45,157 nucleotides of DNA. Source: a virus. Lineage: Duplodnaviria; Caudoviricetes. Below the pieces are notes generated by a model. That model saw only the letters and a list, made by a program, of their open reading frames with translations, was not told the DNA's origin and made no database searches. Below, in pieces: positions 29,222 through 37,712 of the stretch (its first letter is position 1; every line of letters begins with the position of its first letter). Both the position numbers and the translations under genes were made by a program. The stretch is from IMG/VR virus record IMGVR_UViG_3300049780_000024, positions 1 through 45,157 of that record; one strand, given 5' to 3'.

Positions 29222-30084
29222 GGGGCCACCGCCTTCTCAGCGAGCTCCCGGTACCGGTCGAGGAGATCGGTGTTGTTGAGGAAGGGATGCTGCGGGAAGA
29301 AACTCCAGTGCGCGACGACGGCGTCGCCGCGCAGGATGTTCGGCCGGCCGATGGCGAGCGGCTGGTGCACGGTGTGCCACGACTCTTCCTCGTCGGGGAC
29401 GAGGACACCAGGCTTGGGGAGCGCCGCGTAGTCCTCGCCGCGGCTGGCGAAACAGCTCACAGAGAACTGGGTGCCGGGCTGGAGGGGAAAGTCCTGGTAG
29501 AGGTACAGGTCTTCGACCGTGCCGGCCTCGACGTGGTCTAGCAGCATCTCGTGCAGCTTCACGGCGAACGGCCCGTTGGCCCAGCCGGTGGGGTCCATGC
29601 AGTAGGCGGCCACCTGCCCCCACTCAATGGGGATCTTCCCGCAGGCTTGGAGGAAGTGGCTGCAGATCGCGTTGTTGATGATGAGGGGGAACACGGCGAT
29701 GGGGGCGGGCATCTCGATGCGGGCCCTGACGAGGTTCTCGATGGCGTCTTCGTGGATGTAGACGACGTCGTCGTCGAGGCGCACGTAGATCGTTTCGGGG
29801 TCGGTCATGTACCGGTACGCCAGTCCCGTGTACCGCTGCTTGGGGAGCCGTCCGAGGTTGATGCCGTCGGGCCGGTGAATGAGCTTGAACCAGTCGTGCT
29901 GCTCGTCGAGCTCATGGGCGTAGGCGATGTCGTCTTCCTGGCCGGTGGGGTCGGTGTTCATGTACGCCCAGGCCTCGTCGATCAGTCCGCGTTCAACGTC
30001 CCGCTGCAGGTACTTGGAGAGGATGCTGTACGTTCTGCGGCGCCCGTAGGGTGTCCAGGCGATCACGCGGCGGCCGTCGATCAT
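29218..30084 (-). CDS. Putative GT-A fold glycosyltransferase
   Basis: TPYGR N-terminal strand, YVRLDDDVV DXD motif, DEE and HWSF; ATG overlaps upstream stop. Confidence 0.65.
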   Translation of the reverse strand: MIDGRRVIAWTPYGRRRTYSILSKYLQRDVERGLIDEAWAYMNTDPTGQEDDIAYAHELDEQHDWFKLIHRPDGINLGRLPKQRYTGLAYRYMTDPETIYVRLDDDVVYIHEDAIENLVRARIEMPAPIAVFPLIINNAICSHFLQACGKIPIEWGQVAAYCMDPTGWANGPFAVKLHEMLLDHVEAGTVEDLYLYQDFPLQPGTQFSVSCFASRGEDYAALPKPGVLVPDEEESWHTVHQPLAIGRPNILRGDAVVAHWSFFPQHPFLNNTDLLDRYRELAEKAVAP

Positions 30085-30461
30085 GTGGTGTCCTCTCCTG
30101 CGCGCCATTCCGCGCGGTAGTCGGGATGGTCCGCGTAGGGGAGCGCCTCCAGTGGAAGCAGGACAGACGCAAGGTCGTAGGAGTCGTGCCCCGCCCTGTT
30201 CGCGCTGTCGAGCTGGTCTAGACGCCGCCGCTTGGCTTTGACTTCGGCGAGGACGCGGGCAGGGTGCTGGCGGGCGATGTGCTCGGCGACCAGCCAGTTG
30301 AGCCCGTCGGCCACCAAGCGGGCACCGGGGAACGTGTGCACGTGGCAGGGCTGCGTCGGGTCGACCGCGTTGCCGACGTGCCATGGTCCGGGCGGGGCCT
30401 CTCGCGCCAGGGCTTCGTCTTCGTCCAACCGGTCCCGCAGAAACTGCACCAGCTCATTCAT
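30081..30461 (-). CDS. DUF6221-like protein
   Basis: FLRDRLDEDE...HIARQHPARVLAEV...PYADHPDYRAEW. Confidence 0.75.
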   Translation of the reverse strand: MNELVQFLRDRLDEDEALAREAPPGPWHVGNAVDPTQPCHVHTFPGARLVADGLNWLVAEHIARQHPARVLAEVKAKRRRLDQLDSANRAGHDSYDLASVLLPLEALPYADHPDYRAEWRAGEDTT

Positions 30462-31477
30462 GCCGCCACCTCCACGGACGCCTGAAGCGCCGCCTCCCAT
30501 TGCCGGTTGGTCGCCTGGAGGATCGACCCCGACGCTTCTGCCCGCGCCGTCATGCCGACCCGCTGCCGCAGCTCCGGGTCGTCGGCGAGCTGCTTGAGGA
30601 TGCGCCCCCACTCGTGCTCCCGCCGGATGAGGAACCCGTTCTCCCCGTGCCGGATCACCCGCCGGTACGGCTCGATGTCGGAGGCGATCAGCGGAATCCC
30701 GAGCATGCTGGCTTCGAGAAATTTCGTCGGGAACTTCGCCCGGTTGAACGGGATGTCCCTATAGGGCGCCACCCACACGTCGAACTCCTTCACCGCCTGC
30801 AAGTAGTGCCCGAAGTTCTCCACCCAGCCCAACGCACCCAGACGATCCCCGCGCAGCCCGCACCCCATCGCCGTGCGCGCATCGATTCCGACCAGGCGCA
30901 CGAAGGTCTCGCCGGGCCGGCGGTAGCCAGAGATCCGATTCAGGGCCCGCACCACGCCCGGCACCTGCAGCTCGTGCACCGTCGACGCCGTGCCGGCCCA
31001 TCCGACCGACAGCGTCTCCGGGCTGTAGTCGCGTGCCTCGCCCAGGTACTGGGCGGGCAGGCCGTTGCCGACGATCCGCACGTCGTCGTGGTGCTCGCGC
31101 AGCACGGCCGCGAGCGGCTCGGAGCAGCAGGTGACGGTGTGCGCCACCTGCATGTTGTCGATCAGGCCCTGCCGCAGGGCGGGGTCGTTCCACAGCTGGT
31201 AGGCGGCCGTGTTGGACGGGTCGAGGTGAAAGTAGTCGTCGTCCAAGTCGAGCACGAGCCGGATGCCGTGGTCGCGCATCTCCCGCCACGTCTTGGACGG
31301 CTCCGGCTTGGCGACACGGCAGCCGACGACCACGTCCAGGCCCTGCTCCCGCCAGTCGCCGGGCAGGTACGGGCTGGCGCTGGTGTCGTGGCCAAGCCAG
31401 TTGAGGGCCATCGCGGGCAGCACCCCGCGGTACAAGCCGGAGCCTGCCGTGTCGGCCGTCCAGAAGTGGATGCGCAC
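30458..31477 (-). CDS. GT-B (GT4-like) glycosyltransferase
   Basis: DLDDD, VGWAG, FNRAKFPTKFLEASMLGIPLIASD, HGENGFL motifs. Confidence 0.85.
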   Translation of the reverse strand: MRIHFWTADTAGSGLYRGVLPAMALNWLGHDTSASPYLPGDWREQGLDVVVGCRVAKPEPSKTWREMRDHGIRLVLDLDDDYFHLDPSNTAAYQLWNDPALRQGLIDNMQVAHTVTCCSEPLAAVLREHHDDVRIVGNGLPAQYLGEARDYSPETLSVGWAGTASTVHELQVPGVVRALNRISGYRRPGETFVRLVGIDARTAMGCGLRGDRLGALGWVENFGHYLQAVKEFDVWVAPYRDIPFNRAKFPTKFLEASMLGIPLIASDIEPYRRVIRHGENGFLIRREHEWGRILKQLADDPELRQRVGMTARAEASGSILQATNRQWEAALQASVEVAA

Positions 31478-31478
31478 T

Positions 31479-32432
31479 TCAGGCGGCCAGGTAGCCGGGG
31501 AGCCAGTGCTCGGCGTAGTAGCGGACGGTGTGGTGGATGCCCTCATCGAGGGGCACGAAGTCGGCGGCGGTCAGGCCGATCTGCTGCAGCGTGCTGGTGT
31601 CGGACGTGACGATCGCGTTGGGTACTTCGCCCGGCCGCATGGGCAGGTGCTTGATGCCGACGGGCTGAAGGCCGGTGTAGCCGGTGGCTTCCTCGGCGAC
31701 GAGGCGGGCGATGTCGTTGACCGTGCACGATTCGAGCGGGCCAACCTCGACCGGACGCTCCGTGGGCCCGTGTTCGGCGGTGTGCTCGAGCGCGGCGACG
31801 AACGCCTTGGCGACGTCGGCGACGTACACGCAGTCGCTGATCTGAGTGCCGTCGCCGTACACCTCGATGTCGGTGCCGGTGAGGGCTCGGCACACGAACG
31901 AGGGCGCGATCTTGCGGACCTTGCTCGTGCCGTAGGGGGCGGCGATGGACTGGCCGGGCCCGTAGGCGTTGACGGGCCGGACGATGGTGATGCGCCCGCC
32001 GTCGCGGTACAGGTTGTACATGCGGGCGAGGTCTTCGGCGGCCGACTTGGTGATCGTGTAGCAGCCGGTTCCCTGGAGCCGCATGGCGTGGTTGCCGACC
32101 CCGGCGTAGACGGTGGGGAGCCGGTACTGGGTGGCGGCTTCGAAGACGTTGAGCGAGCCGAGGATGTTCGTCTCGGCGGACGGGCGCGGGTTGCTGATGG
32201 TCTCCTGCGTGCCGAGGACGGCGGCGAGGTGGATGATGCCGTCGACGTGGGCGGCGGCTTCGGTGACGGCGGTGGCGTCGCGGACGTCGCCGAGGAAGAA
32301 CTCCTCCCCGTCGGCCAGGTGCTGGCGTCGGTCCTGGTGGTCCATGACGAGGACCTGGTGGCCGCGCGCGATGAGCTCTCGGCGGGTCCACGAGGCGATG
32401 AAGCCGCTGCCGCCAGTGATCAGTACCTTCAT
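31479..32432 (-). CDS. NAD-dependent NDP-sugar epimerase/dehydratase (extended SDR)
   Basis: ITGGSGFIA, HLAA, YxxxK (YTITK), NAYGPG, YGDGTQ. Confidence 0.9.
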   Translation of the reverse strand: MKVLITGGSGFIASWTRRELIARGHQVLVMDHQDRRQHLADGEEFFLGDVRDATAVTEAAAHVDGIIHLAAVLGTQETISNPRPSAETNILGSLNVFEAATQYRLPTVYAGVGNHAMRLQGTGCYTITKSAAEDLARMYNLYRDGGRITIVRPVNAYGPGQSIAAPYGTSKVRKIAPSFVCRALTGTDIEVYGDGTQISDCVYVADVAKAFVAALEHTAEHGPTERPVEVGPLESCTVNDIARLVAEEATGYTGLQPVGIKHLPMRPGEVPNAIVTSDTSTLQQIGLTAADFVPLDEGIHHTVRYYAEHWLPGYLAA

Positions 32433-32821
32433 GCCTGCTGCTCCTTGCTCATGGGGATTGGTGAGGCGGCCTGTACGGCGCGGGTGACGGCGTCCCAGAA
32501 CTCGCGGGTCGACGCGTCGGGTCGGTAGCGGGGGCCGGTGGTGATGTGGCCGTCGGGGCGGATGCCGACGATGAGCGTGCCGTCGTCCTCCCGCAGGGCC
32601 AGCGCGAACTCGGGCTCGGCCGTGGGCGCTTCATCGCTGTGCGTGCGTGCGTCGGGCGGGCCACCAGCGTGGGGGCAGACCTTGCAGTGGTCGCACTGGG
32701 TCGCGCCGTCAGGGCAGTCGCATCGGGGGCAGCGGCGGGCGGCCGGGCACTGGATCGGCGTGCCCCAGCCGTCGGTGTGCACCTCGCCCCCGCACTCCGG
32801 CCGCGCGCACGGGCCGCTCAC
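32429..32821 (-). CDS. Cys-rich hypothetical protein
   Basis: Several CxxC motifs; coupled at both ends. Confidence 0.55.
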   Translation of the reverse strand: MSGPCARPECGGEVHTDGWGTPIQCPAARRCPRCDCPDGATQCDHCKVCPHAGGPPDARTHSDEAPTAEPEFALALREDDGTLIVGIRPDGHITTGPRYRPDASTREFWDAVTRAVQAASPIPMSKEQQA

Positions 32822-32925
32822 CGCGCGCTCCGGGCGGCGGGCGTGTAGTCGACGTCCATCTCGACGGGCTGCGCGAGCACAACGAACGCGAACAGGAATG
32901 ACAGTGCTGCGGTAATAGCGGCCAT
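32818..32925 (-). CDS. 35-aa hydrophobic peptide heading the glyco-operon
   Basis: AGGAG RBS; MAAITAALSFLFAFVVLA. Confidence 0.5.
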   Translation of the reverse strand: MAAITAALSFLFAFVVLAQPVEMDVDYTPAARSAR

Positions 32926-33047
32926 GGGCGGATCTCCTGGGTGCGGGTTCGTGTGCGGGTGGGGCGCGGGTTTTGGTGTGGCAGGGGCGCAGACCCGCAC
33001 GGCCACACCCCTGCCACTGGTTCCTGAGCCAGAACCAACCCCAGAGT

Positions 33048-33098
33048 ACCTGTGATTCGTAGGTAACTGGCGGGGTTCAGGCTACGATTCAAAGGTAT
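33048..33098. promoter_or_regulatory. Tandem operator-like motifs (copies 3 and 4) between glyco-operon and endolysin
   Basis: ACCT-GTGATTCGT-AGGT (33048) and GGCT-ACGATTCAA-AGGT (33080), 32 bp apart. Confidence 0.6.
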
Positions 33099-33119
33099 CG
33101 GCCGTACTGAGGAGACCAC

Positions 33120-34058
33120 ATGGCCGCACCAATGCCCGCCGCCGACTTCCTGAACTGCCTCCGCGACGAAGGCCTCGACGTCGTCGAAGTCGGCAACTGG
33201 GAAACCCACAACCGCAACAGCAAGGGACCGTGGGGCCCGGTCAACGGCGTGATGATCCACCACACCGTCACCCGGGGTACTGCGACCACGGTGCAGATCT
33301 GCCGCGACGGCTACAGCGCCCTGCCCGGCCCGCTGTGCCACGGCGTCATCGCCAAGGACGGGCGCGTGCACCTCGTCGGCTACGGCCGCGCCAACCACGC
33401 CGGACTCGGCGACCCGGACGTCTTGACCGCAGTCATCGCCGAGAAGGCCCCGCCCGCCGACAACGAAGCCACCGTCGACGGCAACCGCCACTTCTACGGC
33501 TGGGAATGCGAGAACATGGGCGACGGCAAGGACCCGTGGCCCGACGCCCAGATCGAGGCCATCGTCCGCGTCATCACCGCCCTCTGCCGCCACCACGACT
33601 GGACCGCCCGCTCGGCCATACGGCACCTCGACTGGCAGCCCGGCAAAGTCGACCCCCGCGGGCCCGGCATGGACTGGGACGACATCCTCGACCGCGTCGC
33701 CGCTCGGCTCGCCGGCGCTACGCCCTCCACCCCCAAGCCGCCGGCACCCAAGCCGCTGCCGAAGCCGACCAAGCCGGTCGTTGACCTGTCGAAGCTCGTC
33801 GCCGCAGCTAAGAGCAACCCGGCCGCGAAAGGCACGCCCGTCACCTACAACGGCGTGCGCACCGTCGAGGCCGCGCTCGTCGACGCCGGCCTGCTGGCCA
33901 AGCGATACAGCGACGGCCACTACGGCACCACCACCATCGCCGCCTACGCCAAGTGGCAGCAGAAGCTCGGCTACCGCGGCAAGGACGCCGACGGCATCCC
34001 CGGCCGCACCTCCCTCGAACGCCTCGGCGACCGCTACGGCTTCGACGTCGTCGCCTGA
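33120..34058 (+). CDS. Endolysin: N-acetylmuramoyl-L-alanine amidase plus peptidoglycan-binding domain
   Basis: MIHHT, ANHAG, GWECEN, H...KVDP; Pro linker; DGHYG/DGIPG PG-binding motifs. Confidence 0.92.
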   Translation: MAAPMPAADFLNCLRDEGLDVVEVGNWETHNRNSKGPWGPVNGVMIHHTVTRGTATTVQICRDGYSALPGPLCHGVIAKDGRVHLVGYGRANHAGLGDPDVLTAVIAEKAPPADNEATVDGNRHFYGWECENMGDGKDPWPDAQIEAIVRVITALCRHHDWTARSAIRHLDWQPGKVDPRGPGMDWDDILDRVAARLAGATPSTPKPPAPKPLPKPTKPVVDLSKLVAAAKSNPAAKGTPVTYNGVRTVEAALVDAGLLAKRYSDGHYGTTTIAAYAKWQQKLGYRGKDADGIPGRTSLERLGDRYGFDVVA

Positions 34059-34085
34059 GCCCACTCAAGAGAACGGACCCCAGAC

Positions 34086-34439
34086 ATGCGCATCTTCGGC
34101 CGTGAACCGGCTCTCATCATCGCCACGATCAGCGCCGCACTGTCGCTGCTCGTGACCTTCCAGTTCGGCCTGTCCGCCGAGCAGGCCGGCGCCATCGTCG
34201 CCGTCATCTCCGCCGTGTTCGCCGCAGCCACGGCCGCCGTCACCCGACCCATCGCGCCGTCCGCCTTCACCGGCCTCGTCGCCGCGGTCGCCGCGCTCCT
34301 CGCCGCCTACGGACTCGAGCTCGGACCGGAGAAGATCGGCGCCCTCAACGCCGTCGTACTCGCCGGGCTCGGCCTGCTCACCCGCGGCCAGGTGTCCCCG
34401 ACCAGCCCCTCGGCGCCCACCGGCCCGACGGGCGTCTGA
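34086..34439 (+). CDS. Holin
   Basis: MRIFGREPA start, about four TM helices, follows the endolysin. Confidence 0.75.
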   Translation: MRIFGREPALIIATISAALSLLVTFQFGLSAEQAGAIVAVISAVFAAATAAVTRPIAPSAFTGLVAAVAALLAAYGLELGPEKIGALNAVVLAGLGLLTRGQVSPTSPSAPTGPTGV

Positions 34440-34454
34440 ATGTAGGAGCTACAC

Positions 34455-34751
34455 GTGGCCGATGAGCCGACCCTCGGCGAGGTCGTCCGCCGGTTCGAGG
34501 ATCGGTTCACCGACATCCGCGACGACATACAGCAACTCGGCCGCCGCATGGACGACAAGGTCGACCAGAAGCTGTACGACCTGCGACATGAAGCCCTCTC
34601 AGCCCGAGTCGCCACGCTGGAGACCCTGCGCGAGAAAGACACCGAGAAGCTCGTAGCCACACGCCGATGGCTGATCGGCGCGGTGATCGTGCCGCTAATC
34701 GGGATCCTGATGCCGGTCATCATCCTGCTGACACGGGGGGCGGGAACGTGA
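34455..34751 (+). CDS. Lysis-cassette membrane protein (coiled coil plus C-terminal TM)
   Basis: AGGAG RBS; hydrophobic C-terminus. Confidence 0.75.
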   Translation: MADEPTLGEVVRRFEDRFTDIRDDIQQLGRRMDDKVDQKLYDLRHEALSARVATLETLREKDTEKLVATRRWLIGAVIVPLIGILMPVIILLTRGAGT

Positions 34752-35464
34752 GCCGCTCCGCACTCCGCGCACAGGAGCGACGCTGGCGCCGCGGCGATCT
34801 CCTCGTCATCACGGGCGCTCTGGCCGTCGGCACAGCGTTCGCGTGGATCGTGCTCTCCGTGCAGGGCCTCACCCACGAGCTGCACACCGCAAACGAGGCA
34901 CGCGACCAACTGGCCCGCCAAGTTCAGCAGCTTGGAGAGAAGCCGATCGCAGGCCCGCCCGGATCCCGCGGCGAGCCCGGCGACTCCGTGCGCGGCCCCA
35001 AGGGCGACCCGGGGGAGCCGGGCGACCCTGGAGAATCAGGCGAGCCGGGGTCTGCTGGACCGTCTGGTTCGCCAGGGCGGCCTGGGAAAGCTGGCGAGGT
35101 TGGTGAGGACGGCAAGCCGGGCTCACCCGGCCAATCCGGCAAGCCAGGATCTGACGGAGCACCGGGATCCGACGGAGCACCGGGAGCGGACGGCGCCGAC
35201 GGCGATCCCGGACCCCCTGGCCCGCAGGGAGAACCGGGGCCGGCCGGACCGCAGGGCCCGACGGGGGAGCGCGGCGAGCAAGGGCCCGCCGGCCCGCAGC
35301 CATCGGGCTGGACCTTCACCTACCGGGACGCCACCTACACCTGCACCCCGGACGGCGACGGCTCCACCCACTACACCTGCCGCCAGACCGGCGGAGACCA
35401 GGATCCCGACCTGCCCGGCCCGCTCGCCGCCGGCCTCGACCCGCAACGTCGCCAGTACCCCTAG
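34748..35464 (+). CDS. Membrane-anchored collagen-like protein
   Basis: N-terminal TM, coiled coil, 34 uninterrupted Gly-X-Y triplets, C-terminal domain with two Cys. Confidence 0.85.
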   Translation: MSRSALRAQERRWRRGDLLVITGALAVGTAFAWIVLSVQGLTHELHTANEARDQLARQVQQLGEKPIAGPPGSRGEPGDSVRGPKGDPGEPGDPGESGEPGSAGPSGSPGRPGKAGEVGEDGKPGSPGQSGKPGSDGAPGSDGAPGADGADGDPGPPGPQGEPGPAGPQGPTGERGEQGPAGPQPSGWTFTYRDATYTCTPDGDGSTHYTCRQTGGDQDPDLPGPLAAGLDPQRRQYP

Positions 35465-35474
35465 GAGACCCCAG

Positions 35475-37547
35475 ATGCCGTTCCCGCCCGGTGTTCAGAC
35501 CGTCACCCTCACCGCCGGGGCCGCTGGCTACCGGGCCTTGGACGGCGACCCGTATCAGGGCACCATCCGACTCACACCCTCCGTGTCCCGCGTCGTGTCC
35601 GCCGAGCACGGCGTCATCGCCCTCGGCTCGGAGAACATCACCCTCGGCGCCAGTGGGGAGTTCACCAAGACGCTCCTCGCCATCGATGCCGAGGGCTTCA
35701 GCCCTTCCGGCTGGACGTACCGGGTGGACGAAGAATTCACCAACGCGCCCAGCCGCTCCTACAACATCAGCCTGCCCGCCTCCGCCGGCATGGTCGCACT
35801 GTCGTCGCTCGCGCCGGTGGAGTCGGCCACGGGCATAGAGCTAGGAGCGGAGGCCGCGGGCACCGCAGCTGCCGCCGTCGCCGCGCACAACGCCGACACC
35901 ACCGACGTGCACGGCATCCCCGACACGGCCGCCCTTGAGACCCAGGCTGGCGCCGCATCCAAGGTGGCCGTGCACTCCGGGGCTACGGACCCGCACGGCG
36001 ACCGGGCCTGGGCTGATGGCAAGTTCGCGACAGCCTTGGACCTCACGGCCCTCGGCGGCACCGTCAACAACCTGTCCGCCACGGTGACGGCGATCGACGG
36101 CTTCCTGAACGACTGCCTCAACCGCGTCGCCGCGATCGAGCAGGGCACCGCCTTCCTGACCGGATTGAACGTCACGGGCTCCGCGCAGATCGCGTCCGGC
36201 ACGGTGACGGGTGACTGGTCCGTGTCCGGTCGGCTCACGACGGCCGGCACCACCCTGCCGGTCGTGACTCCTTCCACAAACCGGCCTGCGTACCGCGCGG
36301 CCAGCTGGTCGCAGCAGTTCCAATCGGGGCACGGCTGGACGGCGAGCGGCTCAGGCGTGGGCTCGTCCAACGTCAACGACACGGCCACCTTCTGCCGGGG
36401 CACGCAGAGCTTCCGCGTGACGACGACCGGCACGGGCGCGGTGGCCAACATCAGGCGGCTGGCGAGCGCGTTGCCGGATCTGACGGGAAAGGCGATCCGG
36501 CTGATCTTCAGGGTGTCCGATGTGGCGCATCTGAACCAGATCAACGTCATCATCGGAACCAGCACCGTCGCGAACACCTTCAACTGGCGGCTTCACACCC
36601 ACGCTTCAGCCGCCGAGAACCAGGTTCTGAGCGGCGAGTGGGCGACGATGACCCTGTCGTGGGCGGACGTGCGGTCCGTGACCGGCACCTACACGATCTC
36701 GTCGACCGGCGTGCCGAGCACGACCTCCGGGTTCACGGACTTCATGTTCCAGGTCGTCGACGACAACACCGGCAACCCGATCACGGTCAATCTGCAGGCC
36801 GTCGAGGTCATCCCCGATACGAAGACCACCTTCAGCAGCGGCGTCGTCAGCATCACCTTCGACGATTCCTACGCCTCGCAGCACACCCTCGCCCGGCCCA
36901 AGATGGACAGTCTCGGCTACCGGGGCACTCTGTACACGATCTGCGACGTCATCGGCACCAGCCAGTACCTCACCGAGCAGCAACTCCGCTCGATGCAGGA
37001 CCAATCCGGCTGGGAGATCGCCGGGCACGCCTACTACTCGGCGAACCACAACACCAAGTACAACGCGCTGAGCGCCGCGGTGGTCGAGGACGACATTCGC
37101 CGCACTCGCGCCTGGATGATCGACCGAGGATTCCCGGGCGACAGCTTCGCCTACCCCGGCGGCTGGTTCTCCAGGACTACGGACAACCAGTCCATCGAGG
37201 CCCTCACCTGCAAGTACTTCTCCAGCGGACGCGGCATTAGCTCGGCGGACAATTTGGAGACGTTCCCGCCGGCCGGACCCTTCCGGGCCCGGTCCATCAC
37301 CGGCATCGGTTCCCTCGCGGGCGCAAGCGCCAAGGGCCTGCCCGCCAACCTGACCGGAGCCGGCGGGGCGCTCGACCGCTGCCTCCAGGGGCAGTGGGTG
37401 ATCCTCACCTTCCACGAGATCGTCTCGGGCACTGCGGCCACCACGAACCAGTGCAGCGTCACCGACTTCAACGCGATCATGGACGCCATCAACTCGCGTG
37501 GCATCCCCGTCCTCCCCGTAGGCGACGTCCTCCGCCTCTACCAGTAG
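35475..37547 (+). CDS. Tail/adsorption-type protein with C-terminal CE4 (NodB) polysaccharide deacetylase domain
   Basis: TFDD, WEIAGH...H, FAYPGG and LTFH motifs; AGGAG RBS before ATG 35475. Confidence 0.8.
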   Translation: MPFPPGVQTVTLTAGAAGYRALDGDPYQGTIRLTPSVSRVVSAEHGVIALGSENITLGASGEFTKTLLAIDAEGFSPSGWTYRVDEEFTNAPSRSYNISLPASAGMVALSSLAPVESATGIELGAEAAGTAAAAVAAHNADTTDVHGIPDTAALETQAGAASKVAVHSGATDPHGDRAWADGKFATALDLTALGGTVNNLSATVTAIDGFLNDCLNRVAAIEQGTAFLTGLNVTGSAQIASGTVTGDWSVSGRLTTAGTTLPVVTPSTNRPAYRAASWSQQFQSGHGWTASGSGVGSSNVNDTATFCRGTQSFRVTTTGTGAVANIRRLASALPDLTGKAIRLIFRVSDVAHLNQINVIIGTSTVANTFNWRLHTHASAAENQVLSGEWATMTLSWADVRSVTGTYTISSTGVPSTTSGFTDFMFQVVDDNTGNPITVNLQAVEVIPDTKTTFSSGVVSITFDDSYASQHTLARPKMDSLGYRGTLYTICDVIGTSQYLTEQQLRSMQDQSGWEIAGHAYYSANHNTKYNALSAAVVEDDIRRTRAWMIDRGFPGDSFAYPGGWFSRTTDNQSIEALTCKYFSSGRGISSADNLETFPPAGPFRARSITGIGSLAGASAKGLPANLTGAGGALDRCLQGQWVILTFHEIVSGTAATTNQCSVTDFNAIMDAINSRGIPVLPVGDVLRLYQ

Positions 37548-37557
37548 GGAGCAGCCC

Positions 37558-37656
37558 ATGCCGAGCATCCCCGACGACGACCCCGACGTGCCGCTGTACC
37601 TGTCGCGCTGGCCGTTCCGCGAACCGCCCTGGCCGCCGGACGACGAACCCGCGTGA
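37558..37656 (+). CDS. 32-aa Pro/Asp-rich peptide
   Basis: GGGAG RBS; lies between the previous stop and the terminator. Confidence 0.35.
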   Translation: MPSIPDDDPDVPLYLSRWPFREPPWPPDDEPA

Positions 37657-37661
37657 ACGAC

Positions 37662-37701
37662 AGCGCCCCGCCCTCCTGCTTCGGCAGGGGAGCGGGGCGC
37701 T
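37662..37701. terminator. Bidirectional terminator ending the late/lysis operon
   Basis: AGCGCCCCGC...GCGGGGCGCT with inner CCTGC-TTCG-GCAGG stem, between convergent genes. Confidence 0.75.
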
Positions 37702-37712
37702 TCGTCGTGTAC

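Noticed and set aside
28997-32925. Glyco-cassette as a recombinase-controlled invertible segment
   Set aside because: No flanking inverted repeats noticed, and its last stop codon overlaps the tail gene stop
34932-35474. N-terminal extension making the deacetylase protein 871 aa
   Set aside because: Overlaps the collagen gene out of frame; an AGGAG RBS supports ATG 35475
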